Shown one piece after another: positions 12,791-24,755 of a stretch of DNA of 64,000 nt. The notes under the pieces are model-generated. The model had not been told where the DNA came from, did not search any database, and was given only the letters and a program-made list of their open reading frames with translations. Location: the NCBI RefSeq assembly GCF_025526975.1, contig NW_026515676.1, forward strand, positions 62,001 to 126,000. The letters are read 5' to 3'. Every line of letters begins with the position of its first letter. Position 1 is the first letter of the stretch. The DNA comes from Fimicolochytrium jonesii (Eukaryota). The translations under genes and the position numbers were made by a program.

Positions 12791-13096
12791 AAGTGTGTAA
12801 TATCTGGTTCCACTGCGTAGCGGTTTGGAGTGGGTGTTTTTCGTTGAAAATGGGAGATGCGGTCTCAAGGCTTGATGTGGGAGCGTATGAGAGAGCTTAT
12901 GAGAGAAGGAGACGGTGTAGCAAGTTGTGTTATAAGTTAGCTATCTGTTTTTGAACAACAGCGCATTGTCAACATAGGCCGTTTCTAACAGGGTTGTTCA
13001 GTTCCCCCTCGCAAAAATGGTCGATTTCCCATATGAAATCTGGGCCAAAAAAAGTAAAAAGGATTTTTTGGGAAACGGATAAAAACTGTCACGAAA

Positions 13097-13190
13097 TGCT
13101 CCAGGCGGGGTTCGAACCCGCGATCACTGCATTGCATGGGAGGAATGGCCACCTATAAGTACAGTGCGTTAACCACTACGCCACTGGAGC
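13097..13190 (-). tRNA. tRNA-Ile(UAU) with a 21-nt intron
   Basis: Minus strand reads GCTCCAG-TG-GCGT AGTGGTTA ACGC-A-CTGTA CT TAT A [GGTGGCCATTCCTCCCATGCA] A TGCAG-TGATC-GCGGG TTCGAAC CCCGC-CTGGAGC-A. The intron is at the canonical 37/38 position and a T5 Pol III terminator lies at 13081-13085. Confidence 0.95.
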
Positions 13191-13299
13191 CAGGTTCTTT
13201 CGCCACTCAGGCGGGAGGGTCATGTCGCGTAAGTTGTTCGACTCGAAACCACGCTGGTGGCCACATCCATACAGTACATGTCGAGTGTTGATGAGTCGA

Positions 13300-13317
13300 C
13301 CCTAACCCTAACCCTAA
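13300..13317 (+). repeat. Interstitial telomere-type repeat (CCCTAA)3
   Basis: CCCTAACCCTAACCCTAA read directly from the sequence. Confidence 0.8.
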
Positions 13318-15217
13318 TCTCGACAATCCCAAGAGGTCAGTTCCAGTGCGAGGTGAGCTTCGTCCAACTTTCGCGAGGATGTGCCGTAGAAAGGGTACTA
13401 CTTAATGAGGACTGGCGGAAGGCGGCCGTCTTGTCCCATGTTGCGGATGTTATCGGCTCCTCGATCTCAAAGCTCCAGAGAAAGACGGCACTTTCGATAC
13501 AAAGACACAAGTCTCAATAATCAGTGCAAGGGTCGAATAGTATGAGCAAAGGGAGAGCGCAAGAACCATTTGCATTCTAACCTTGTACGCTAGCGGCTGA
13601 CCCCGTGAACGTCCTCATGCTATCGGCTAAGGCTCGCCCCTACTGTTGGTGTCGGACGGAGCCGTAGGACCACACACGATGTTCCGTGTCTTTCAATAGC
13701 TCCGCTTGCCGCTGAAAACGAAAAAGTAGTGTGCTCCCCGTAATGCTGTGTCACACACACCTTGCCCCCCTTTGAGACTTCTCTAGTCCACAAATTCCTC
13801 CACGCCTTTGAAGTGCTCAAACATAGCGTTCGTTGTCGTACAGTACGATGGTATTCCCCTGACCGATCCAGAATGCGAGCAAGAGTCGTCGGGGGCTGTT
13901 CAGCCCGTCTCCTTCAGGTAGACACCTCACCTCCGACGGTCAGTCTCGCCGCTATTCATCGTTCGGTTTGCCGCTCACTGGTCCTCCGTTCGCTTTCGAA
14001 AAGTCTCGTTTGAGTATGGACTATAGGGACGCTCTAGCCGCCGCCCACCTAAGGCTGAACCTTGCACTGTGCAACCCTTTCGGTGCTTTTCTTGCTTTTG
14101 GGGGAAAAGACATTTCAGACAGAGTCATCAAGCCGCACTTGACTTTTGCCGCAGATCGTCCACCTTCAGTTACCCGGATTCCGGTAATCCGGATTTTACA
14201 CCGGAGAACGAACGCTGGAACGAACGCGTGGTCTCCAGGTGCTCCTGTCAGTCTGGATGTCTGCTGGATGTAGCGCTGCTAGCGCACTGTAACGGCAATG
14301 AGGTGGAACAATGTAGATGAATGTACGGACTTCCGTGGAAATGCCAATGAGAACAGACATGCCCAAAGTCAACGCATTTTCTAAGGAATAATGAACACTA
14401 AAAGCAGAGGCATCTTCGGCACTAAGGTTGTTCTCCAAGCCAACGGTGCGCTTCTTGCTGCCTATGCGATTCCCGCGACCGGAAAGCAATTTAGGTTTGC
14501 TATCCATCTAATTCGTACGAGCATGAATACCCTCTGATCGACAGTGCGAGCAGCCGGCAGCCGCATCCTGGCTTGGTGTTCGATATAGGTGTGCCATGTA
14601 TTTTCCGAGTGATCGATGACCATACGGAACACTCTGCTGGCGATGATTTGCTTTATTATTTCTTTCCCCAAGACTCTCGATAGGTACGTAATAGGGAAGC
14701 ATCGGACAAGTACCGTTATTTCCTGCCGCCTATCTGTGTGAATCCAGTGTAGTGGACTGTAGATAAAGAGTTTTGTGCAGTAGTACTATTAAGTTTTGCA
14801 GCGCACGCGACTACTTCACACTTGGGCGCTGCGCGATTCGACCAGTCCCCGCCAAAGGGGGACGGGTCCAGCGCACACCTCACACTCCTCTGACGTACGA
14901 AGTGAACACATAATAATACCCTAGACGCACCCTTGCCCCCATTGCAGGTGGGAACTCTGCATAGATCCACGACCGCATTGCAGCAGAAGGTTACTGTAGT
15001 CTACCTTCCTTTAGAGCAGATCTTCTGTTGTTGTCTTTTTGTCGGTGTGCAGCGGTCTTTTGTGTCCCTTTTGAAGCTTGTGGAGCCCTTTGTTTTTGCC
15101 CATTCAGAATCGGGTCCCACACCGTCTGTTGAACCGCAGGAAGGGGTTGTGGGAATAAGCAGACGCAGCTCTCGACTGTTCAACGACCATCTACACTCAT
15201 AGCAGCGTCCCGCAACA

Positions 15218-18200
15218 ATGGCACAGGATTCTGCAAGTAGTGGGGGGTCATGGACGGCTTCTTCAGCGCCAAAGGCCCCGCAGTCCCACACCAACCTCGA
15301 CCTGGATCGGTATCTTGCAGACACTCAAAAGCACATGGCGGAGTGGGTGGCAACCGCTTGCTTCTCCAACGAGGACTACACCGCTCACGACAGCAGCGTC
15401 GAGTCGTCTGGGTCTAACTTGCCGCCGATCCAGGAAGAAGCTGAATCCCCAGCGAGGCAGGGTCATTCGCAGAGTTCCTCACCGTTTTCGCCCCCTAAAC
15501 CCGGACAGAAGCTATCCCTCGATCTACCAAGAACGATTCCGATGTCGGAGAGTGCCGATGTTTCCGATTCATTTCCGAATTCCGCTCTCAGCGACTCCTC
15601 CGAACGTCCTCATATCAAACGAGGGAAGTCTGGCCCACGGATACCGGCAGTGAATCCATTTGCCATCAGAAGTGCACGGAACTCCCTCGATCTTCCCCAC
15701 GGGGTCAATGGGCCGATCAACAGTTCAATGGATTCGGGTTCACAATTGTCAAAGATCGATACACGGCTTCGTACGTTTCCGGGCTGGGAAGAGTCGAGCG
15801 AGCACAAGCGAGAGAACTCTGATGAGACGCTGGTCGCCGATTCGGACATCTGCAGTGCTTACGAGTTTCTCAGCACCGCCAGTCCCATCGCGCATTTGCC
15901 AACGCCTGACCCGGACGATTTCACTGAGATTCCTCGACTAGGATTCCCCGAGCCACCGACGAACTCCTTAGCAAAGCGGGGAGACTATCTGCGGGAGCAG
16001 GAGGCCGCGCGAAGGAGAGCCAAGTCCATGAAGAGACTCTCTTCTCTTTACCGCTTTTCAAGCAGCTCTGGACGGCCTAGATCCAATAGCGCCTCGGGCA
16101 CCTCTTCTTTCGACATCTTGACGCAGCCCTTCGTTCTGCCACCGATCGTCACACAACCTGCGATTCAGAAGAACCCGTACACGCCTGCATACTCGATCGA
16201 AGAATGGTTAAGTTATCAGAACAACGCCAGGGTGGTATCTCCCACCCAAGAATCCATCCCTCGTTTTCAGGCAGAGGCCGAGTCCAACGGGGCGAACACC
16301 AATTTGCCTCCTACCTCGAGCGTGGCAGAGTGGAACAAAGGGCCGCTGTTCAATGCAAAGGTAATGTCCAATTTCTACTGTGTATTGTGACTTCATGCAC
16401 CATGTTCACTCATCGCTTCTTCTGACTCGGTCAATATAGGATGCAACCATCACTACTTCCGCAGTCACTACCTCCAACACCCGGCCGCAACCTCAGTCTC
16501 CCCGATCAGTCGCTCCGACAAAAGCACAAAAAGAAACAAACGCGAAAGCGAACCTGACGGAGGTGCTACTCGACTACACCATGACGGTTAACCGCCTCCG
16601 TGAGCCCATGTTGGAGCATCAGCGTGCCGTACTTCGTCCATCGAAGTCAGCTCTCCTGCCGAGGCCAGCGACACCTGTCTCGCGGGCTGCAACCGCAGTG
16701 AACGGAACGTCGAGCCCCGGGAGCGTAAAGTCGATACCTTCAGTGAAAGCGACGAGTATTACCGAAGAACATCCAATGCCTTATGCGAAAGATGCCGGGC
16801 TTGTAAAGGAACACGCAGCTTTGATGGAAAGGTTTAGACCAAGAAAAAAATCCATCCGCAAAGCTGCTCCACTGTCACCGGTCGCCGCGAAGAGTGTGGC
16901 GTCGGCGCCGGCCAGCGATGAGAAGCTTGTGCAAGAACATACTAATCTGATGGAGACTCCCAAAAGTCCGAGCATGGAGGCTCATCGGGAGCCTGCCGCG
17001 TCACCGCCGGAAACAGCGAAGAACTTGGCACCACCCATTGGTGGAAAGGACGCCGAGCTGTTAAAGGAACATGCTGTACTGATGGAAAGTGTGAAACGCC
17101 CGAGCATGGAGACTACTAAGCAACCCGCTACACCTTCTCGAGCACCCGTGGAGAGCCTGGTACCGACCAGCGATGGGAAGGATGCCACGCTTGTGGAAGA
17201 ACACACCGCTTTGATGGAAAAACTCAGACGGCCGAGTTTGGAAACTACCCAGAAAGCCGCCCCGTTTTCGCCTGTGTCTACAAAAGGCGCAGCGCCCGAC
17301 GGTGATGGGAAAGTTGCAAAGCTTGTGGAAGAGCATACCGCTCTCATAGAGAAAGTTCGACGACCAAGTTCGGAGACTACCCCGGGAACTGCCCCATCGC
17401 TAAAAGTTCCCACTACGGCCAGCGATGCGAAAGATGAGAAACTCGTGAAGGAGCATGGTGCATTGATGGAAAAGCTCAAGCGGCCAAGCTTGGAAACGAC
17501 TCCGCCGAATGCAGCCCCGCTAGAAGCACCCAAGAGTGCGGCTGCGGCCAGCAATGCGAAAGATCGGAAACTTCCCACTACGGCCAGCGATGCGAAAGAT
17601 GAGAAACTCGTGAAGGAGCATGGTGCATTGATGGAAAAGCTCAAGCGGCCAACCTTGGAAACGACTCCGCCGAATGCAGCCCCGCTAGAAGCACCCAAGA
17701 GTGCGGCTGCGGCCAGCAATGCGAAAGATCAGAAACTTGTGATTGAGCATGCAGCACTGGTAGAGAAATTGAACCAACCAGAAGCGCAGAGGACAACTGA
17801 CGAAGCCCAAATGTCACCAATGCCCTTGGGCTCAAAGGATGAGACGTCGACTCGCGGCCCTGGAGACAAGAAGCTTGTCGAACAACATGTTGCTCTCATG
17901 AAAAAGCTATCTGAACCTTCACTCGGGAAGGAGCAACTGGATCGGAATCTCAATGAGGCCGAGGGCAGCGTCATGCCCCAAACGGATACGAGGCCGGCGC
18001 ATTCCATGCGTGATGAGCTGCTTGTTGAGGAGCTTGGTGCCAAACTTGAACGTCTGAGGCAGCCTGTGACAGCCGAGGTTGAGGAAAAGTCGTCGGAAAG
18101 GAAGATTCCGGGGAAGCCGAACCAGTCCATGGCCGAGCAACGGCAGAACAACTTCCGAGTGAGTGTACCTTCCATCGTGGCCTCCAACGGCCGGACCTCC

Positions 18201-19982
18201 CCAAAGTCCCCGCGTGACGGTCTCCTGGTCAAGGAGCATGCAGCACTTCTCGCCGGAGTGACAGCACCGATCACAAACGGCAAGGCGATTCGTGAAGCAC
18301 CGCCGATCAAGCCCGCGAATCCGCAGGTATCGAAAGCGCAGAAATCCACGCTTGATGGGCACCCCGCCAAGGACCATAGCACTACAGACGGGCGATTGGG
18401 GCGTGCAGGCATCAAAGATGATGCGGAATCTCCGAAGACTGCCACCAGCAGCAGCCAGCGAAAGTCCTCGAAATCCCCGGAGCCGCCGCGCGACAATAAC
18501 TTTTTGGAGGACTTTGAAAAACGCGTCGATCGTCTCGCCCGGCCCGACATGGAGGATCAGCGGGCATGCGTACCGGCTTCGAAGCGAGACAGGGAAGCAC
18601 GTGGTACGGCGTCCACTACTTCGGCGTCACGGCAAGTGCCTGCCAAGGTTGACCCGAAAGTGACGGAGATTGAAGATTATGCAAAGGCGGTCACGCGGCT
18701 GGCGCGACCCAACATGGCGGAACAGCGGGCGGAACTGCGGACGACAAAAAGTACCAACACGGATAACGCTCACGAGACAGCGGATCAGTCCATGAAGCGG
18801 AAACCCTCTATGAGCAGGCTCGTTTGGGACAAGTTGCGGGGCAAGGACTCGAACAAGAAGAAGGAGACTGCGGACGACATCCCGCCCGTCCCACCAATCC
18901 CTCGGAGTGCATCTCCCACACCTCCGAATTCGAAAATCTGGAGCATGAAAAAGCCTTCCAGCATAAAGTCTTCGGTCAGCGCAGATGCCCGCGGCGAGCC
19001 AAATGGGACCGAAGAAAGCCCTAAGGCGGTTTCGGAGCCACCATCCCCTCCTCGAGCGCGGAGTAAAAGCATCTTCAGTCGTCGGAAAGCCAGGGGAGAT
19101 GATATGAGTATCAAGAGCAAAGAGGACGGGGAAAGCGGGGGGAAGCCTAGCGGCCGTCCCACGCGGTCACCCTTATTGGCGGCGAGTAGCCCAACCACAA
19201 ACAAAAGCGACATGGGAGATCTAACAGCGGCATTAGGCGCTGCCATCAGCGATGCTGTGGGTGTCACGTACTCCGAGATGGTCAGCCCCGATCCGGTACT
19301 CAGAAAGCCTAAAAAGTGTCTGACCTCAATCGAATCTGTCGACGAGACTCCTGTCCACCTCGATCCGGAGATCAGAAAGCGGGTGACCATCATCGAGAGC
19401 AACGATGCTGGGGATCTGGAAGGGTTTGAGGGGATCGTCGCTACCTGGGCATCTCAGCCAGACGACGCACATGCGTCAATCAGTCCGAAACCAAGTCTTG
19501 AGAGTACTGGAGACAAAGGGGACGCAGCTTTCACAAACGTGAAGACTACACTTGCCATTGATGACCCGACGTCGCACACAATGTCTTATCCAACCCCGGG
19601 CACCACACCACCGGCTACACCAAGTAGGCCATTTGAATCCGACGACGTTGCGGAACCCTTACCACCCCGCTCTCTCTCTCTGCCCACAACCACCATCGAG
19701 AATATCCCTACACCCATCACCAAGAAGGTGACTCTCCGCCGGAATGTTTCCAGTGCGAAGAAGCTGGCAACCCTTCGAGTCGCACTCGCCCGTCGTCGGT
19801 CACTCGCGTGGACTGCCATCCGCCCCTTCCCACCGCCTCGGAAGGAGTCGTTGCACCCTAATGTCCGGCGCTCCCTCAAACGCGTGCGCTCGCCGCTTTT
19901 GGCTTCAAGGAACGGCAGCGTCACCTCGCTCAGGTACGGCAAGCTGGACGCAAAGTGGTCTTCGTCGTCGTTGCCGATGTAG
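15218..19982 (+). CDS. Large (about 1560 aa) S/P-rich disordered protein with about 14 internal helical repeats; unknown function
   Basis: Exon 15218-16360, then a phase-0 intron 16361-16439 (GTAATG...TAG), then exon 16440-19982 in frame with the 1139-aa ORF. Repeats follow KDxxLVxEHxALMEKLxRPSLE. Confidence 0.8.
17407..17738 (+). repeat. Near-perfect in-frame 165-bp tandem duplication (55 codons)
   Basis: TTCCCACTACGGCCAGCGATGCG... starts at both 17407 and 17572. Only two substitutions were seen (AGC/ACC, CGG/CAG). Confidence 0.9.
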
Positions 19983-20469
19983 AATCCCTCCGTTCAACAG
20001 ACTCGTTGCCTCGAATGGACGCTCAAAACGACTGGCGCGCACGCCCTATTACCTCGCTGCTACTCAAAACCTCTCATCGGCATATCTCAATACCATCTCA
20101 TCGTCACCCTAATCGCTTGGGACCAGCAGGAGGATCTTCTTCGACCTTCTCGATCTTTGATTCATAATTTGATCCATATTTTTGTGTACAGTTTATAATT
20201 AGAGTCCTATTTTCCCTCATCGGCGTATAGTGTTTCAGTTTTGCGTTCCCGTTCCCTGTAATCATATTGTACTTTTACTGTAGTCCACTTCAATAAGCTC
20301 GGCTGGCCCGTTCTATATTCTAGTCTGACATTGTGCGGCGATGAGCGCGATTTCTGGCTCCGCCCATCATTTTCCACAGCGCTCAAATTGCTAAACATGC
20401 CGCAACGAAGGCAGGGAATCTACTCCAAAAACGTGACCGTAACTCGAAGAACCCCCTGCAAAGTCGACT

Positions 20470-22713
20470 CTAAACCGTATCATCATGTTCCTCCTTCGCC
20501 GCATCGTCCTTCTGCCCCTCCCCGCTCTTCCCAATCTCACCCCTCGTCGCCCGCCACTCCACCGACCCCGATTGTCGTCCAACAAGGTCCTCAGGATGCT
20601 CGACTTTCGGCGCGCCCTTCAGCTGCGTCTCCTCCGCCTTATCACGTTCTTCCAGTTCGGCGATCATGCTTGGTGGCAGCCCTTCGCGGAGAGCATGGGT
20701 TAAAACTTTTACTTGCTGTTGAGAGGCAGACAGAACATGATTTAGTGAGAACGTCGTTCGCGACAGTTATGATGTATAGAGAGAGAGAGGACCTGTGATA
20801 ACCAAGCTTCGTCGACCAGAGTCCGACGCGCGAACGTTTCGTCTGGTCTGGCGGTGTAGCGGTGGATGACGTCCACGACCTCGTAAGGACCGATGCTGAA
20901 GATGTAGGTCAGCTTCTTTCCCCAGCCTGCCTCGTACCTGGCAGAGGATTGTAAGCGTTTAGTACGTTCGGACAGACGCGAAATGGTACCAATCGTTCAA
21001 GCCTGACATCAGTGGTTGGTCATAGGATCCATCTCCCTCGCAGCAATCGCAGTTTATCCATCGCTTCTCCCGATCGTTGTAGATCTCTGTCCATACCTAC
21101 TCCAGGATTTGAATTTAGCGTTTTACTCTTGCATCGGCTCTACTCCTGGATCGCTGCAGCCACATCGGGACGACGACGCCGAGCAAAGTCACTCACATGG
21201 TCGGTGAAGTCCAGCACGTAACGAGCGTCGAAACCCATCGCTTTCGCGAACAAGCAGAACACCTGATCAAGATTCGATAATCAGATGCTAACAATGCTCT
21301 GACGGAAGACAAAGAGAAATTCCCTCGTACATTCGCCCATTCGCCGCATCGCCCTGACTTGGTCTCCATCAGTTTCCGCAGGTCGCTACATACATGCAAA
21401 GAGTTCGTCAGTATCAGTTGCAGATAGAGGTCCATTTGAAATATCAGAATCTCACTTGTAGCGAGGGAACCTCGTCTCTTTCGAGCATGCGGTGCATTTA
21501 TACAGCTCTACCCTCCCGCATTGATAGCTCGCCTCTGTGGGTGTTGGCTGAGCTCCCCCTACTCCAGTTGTTGAGCTCTAATGACACATGGGTGACAAGT
21601 GAGCCTTTTCACGCACACACTCGTTTCCGAGTCATAGATGAGCTGACGGCTACCTTACAGAACTGACATTCCGGCGCGTTGACCCACGTGAAATACTACA
21701 GTCTTCCATTCAATGAGTATACGCGATGCCTAACCAGTTCTCGTCCCATCGCCCAGCTAATATCCCGGGGTTCACCTTTGTTTTGAACCATCTCAACAAA
21801 GCCTTGACCAACTGATCATGGAAATGCAGGTCGGCATTCGCTTTCACCTCCGACTGAGCTTGTTCGTGGAGTTCATCCACCGGGATAGCGTCACGTGCTG
21901 CATCCTGTCGCGTGTATCGAAGCGGAAGTCAAACCATCAGCAATCAACATCAATCAGCAACCATCAGGAATCGACCCATCATCCATCAACCTTTGACCAT
22001 CAACGTATCAACCATCAACCCCCCATCAAAACCCACCGAGGCGGATACTGCGCTCTTGGCGCGATGTGGTGCTCGCTTCGCTCGCAAAAGATCTGACGCT
22101 CGCTGAGGCTCGGTAAGAAATGCGGTGATGAGAGTATTGCGCCTTTGGCGCAATGTGGCTCGCTCCGCTGTCCCTCGCCGCAGACAGCCAACATCGCTCG
22201 CTTCGCTTGCGGCTCGTATGGCTCGCGAAAAGCGTTTGCTCTGGTCGACCACGCGGTCGACCACGCGGTCACCCAGACCGAACCAACCCTGCACCACGCT
22301 TCGCCCGCCGCAGTCGGCCGTCTCCCTATGTCCCGCAAAATGACCCCATACCTGCAGTTCAAAGTCCTCGTAGTGACGAGATTGAGCGATCGCAGACTGA
22401 AGTCTGAAACAGCAATACGACGTGAGTCCAGGTAGATTAGGGCAAGGCTAACCTAGCCAGCAGCTATCCTACCGGCCTATTATTTCGCGCTGACCCTGCA
22501 CGTTGGGTGCTGTCCGGGTTGGCTGCGGTCGAGACTGCTGGCGTTCTCTAAGCCACACCAGGAAGCTGCGAAAAGGATGAAAGTGCTGCAGTTAGCTACA
22601 GTATCTTCTTCGGGGAGAGTTTTGTTGGTTAGGCTATGTCTCTCGCTCGACGTGGCGACGTACTTCTGATAGACCTCGTCGGCCATCCTCAGGGCCTCCG
22701 TCGCCTCGACCAT
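20470..22713 (-). CDS. PNG1: Peptide:N-glycanase (PNGase/NGLY1), multi-exon; not evident from the ORF track
   Basis: Spliced: LVKALLRWFK / YFTWVNAPECQFC / VELYKCTACSKETRFPRY / RKLMETKSGRCGEWAN / AMGFDARYVLDFTDH / VWTEIY...WINCDCCE...DQPLMYEAGWGKKLTY / GRQSGSVEWRATRGE. The Cys-His-Asp triad and two CxxC motifs are present. Confidence 0.93.
21905..22351 (-). other. Oversized PNG1 intron (about 447 bp) containing repeats and hairpins, probably an inserted element
   Basis: GTATGG donor at 22351 and CAG acceptor near 21905 join ...DFELQ to DAARDAIP... The intron holds a CCATCAA-like microsatellite, duplicated hairpin units and GCTCGCTTCGCT motifs. Confidence 0.7.
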
Positions 22714-22900
22714 GTTGAGTGTTGGCGTGAGAGTTGAGATCACAGTCGGAAGCCTGCTCGAGCTCGTCCGTGCCCAGATGCAGGATGGCCTTGGATGGCA
22801 GTCGCCGGTTGTGACGTTTGCTGACGCGTGTGACAAACTCCCCGCGGCCTCCATTGGGCCTCACGTCCAACCACTCTTTTCGACTGACGGCGCTGTGAGG

Positions 22901-24572
22901 ATGCTGGTGGTAGCCGTGCTCTTCCCCTGTTGGGAGGTTTTGGACGTGCAGGGCCCGTTCTCCGTCTTGGCGAAGGTTGCCGCTGTCTCCGAGAGTTCTG
23001 AGCAATATGCCTTTGCCTGGGTCGGGGAGCAAACCAAGGAACCCATTCCCTCGTCCGCCCACTTTCCGGTCCTCGCTGACTACGATTGGGACTCTTGTCC
23101 GCAGGCCGACGTCTTACTGATACCTGTAAGTGATTAGCATCTCGACACACTTTGTTAACGGCACACTATAACTTACATAAGACGGCCTATTAGGGCGGCC
23201 CAGGAAGCTTGACAGCCGCGTTTGACCGCAAACTACTTGACTTTGTACGGAGGCAGAGCAAGACCGCTCGTCGGGTGGCTAGTATCTGCACTGGATCGTC
23301 CATCTTGGCCGAAGCTGGCCTCCTGGACGGGCGGAGAGCCACTTCAAACAAAGCCGTGTTCGGCTTGCAAACCCAGGTTCGATTGCTGTCCTGATGGCCC
23401 TCATCAGTCACACGGAGTTTTTTGCTGAATTTCATTTGCAGTACGGAAAGTCGGTGACATGGATACGAGACGCTCGCTATGTGACCGATGGAAAGTTTAC
23501 CACCGCTAGCGGTGTCTCTGCTGGCTTGGACATAGGATTTGACCTTGCAAAAGAGTTGTTCAGCGCTGTCCAAGCCGATAAGGTCGCAGGTCTCGTCGGA
23601 TACGTCCCACTTTCAGACGGCGATGACCCGTTTGCGACACTGCATAAGCCTACGGGTATGATGGGGGCTCTCTCAACTTCGAATATCGTCGAATCCGTCT
23701 TATGATGCCTATCTGATGTTCGCGTTTCTAGGCCCTTGGGCAGACTACCTCTACTTTAAAGCTACCACCTTAGTTGCCAGCTCAGTGGTGCGAGAACGTA
23801 CCGATCTTCAAGGGCAGGCGACCACCAGCCGACTGCCTTCGCTTCCTCTGACGTTCTTCTCGAAGAGGAAGTCGAACACCATCAAAGTACTGTTGTTTCC
23901 CGGCTTCGACAGTCTGGATGTGGCTGGAATACTGGAAGCCTGTTTTGGACTTGCGAGCACCCACATAGTCGAGCTCGTAGCTATGCAAGGGGTACCTCCA
24001 GCGAATGCCGATGAGTTGGTCGTCACGGGCGGGGATTCATCCGCGCGGAACGCGAACCAGTCGAAGATTGTTCGCGTTCGCTGCGATTCGGCAATACACG
24101 CGCCCATCGATGCCCTTCCAAAAGACTGGACCTCGTCGGTTATCCTCGTACCATCCGTCCCGCCGGAAAAGTACGTTCAACTGGAAGCGTCGCTCGCGAG
24201 TGGGCTGGAAGATCTTTTGCGCGGATCGGCGGCTGTACTCGCTTGCGGAGAAGCTATGGTCCGCTTGTTACAATCAAGGAATACGCTTTCCGAGCAAGTC
24301 CTGAATGAGTACAATGGACCCAAACGATGGGGCCAAGATGAAACTGGCAAGCTGTTCGTCGCCCAGACAGGAGTTACACGTGAGTATCTTCCCTGATCAA
24401 GAGGAGCGTACATTCTGTCTCTCCCTTGCTAATTCTCATTCGGGTATATCAAGCCATCACCCCGATGCTCGCCATAATTAGAGATGTTGCCGGCGCAGCT
24501 GCGGCTCGGGACGCTGCGATGGAGATGGAAATCGCGCCAAACCTTATGCCCGACGGCGTTACTTTGGCGTAG
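22901..24572 (+). CDS. DJ-1/PfpI family protein with two tandem domains (isocyanide-hydratase/ThiJ-like); start uncertain (22712, 22778 or 22901)
   Basis: LFPCWEVLDVQGP, DVLLIP-GG, ASICTGS (nucleophile Cys), AGLLDGRRATSNK and DGKFTTASGVSAGLD. The second domain has LFPGFDSLDVAG...VLACGEA. Confidence 0.85.
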
Positions 24573-24755
24573 TGGGTAAACTGGTGTAGTAGTAGTAGTT
24601 AGGTTTCGTAGTAGATAGACAGCTAAGACCTTGTACAACTCGCACATCAGGCCTTCACTTTTCGAACGTGCTGCAGAAATTGGATCATTTCAGTGATGCA
24701 AAACTATTATACAATGAACTTCTTGAAGCAGATCCTGCTGATGCAATTCACGCCC

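Noticed and set aside
12989..13020. CAGTTCCCCCTCGCAAAAA, similar to the MITE terminal repeat or a hAT-like end
   Set aside because: The match is short, with no TA flank and no partner inverted end found.
16982..19942. Long antisense ORFs opposite the repeat protein (similar shadows lie opposite the SDR, XRRA1 and the 62-64 kb gene)
   Set aside because: They are explained by GC-rich codon usage on the coding strand and show no recognisable motifs.
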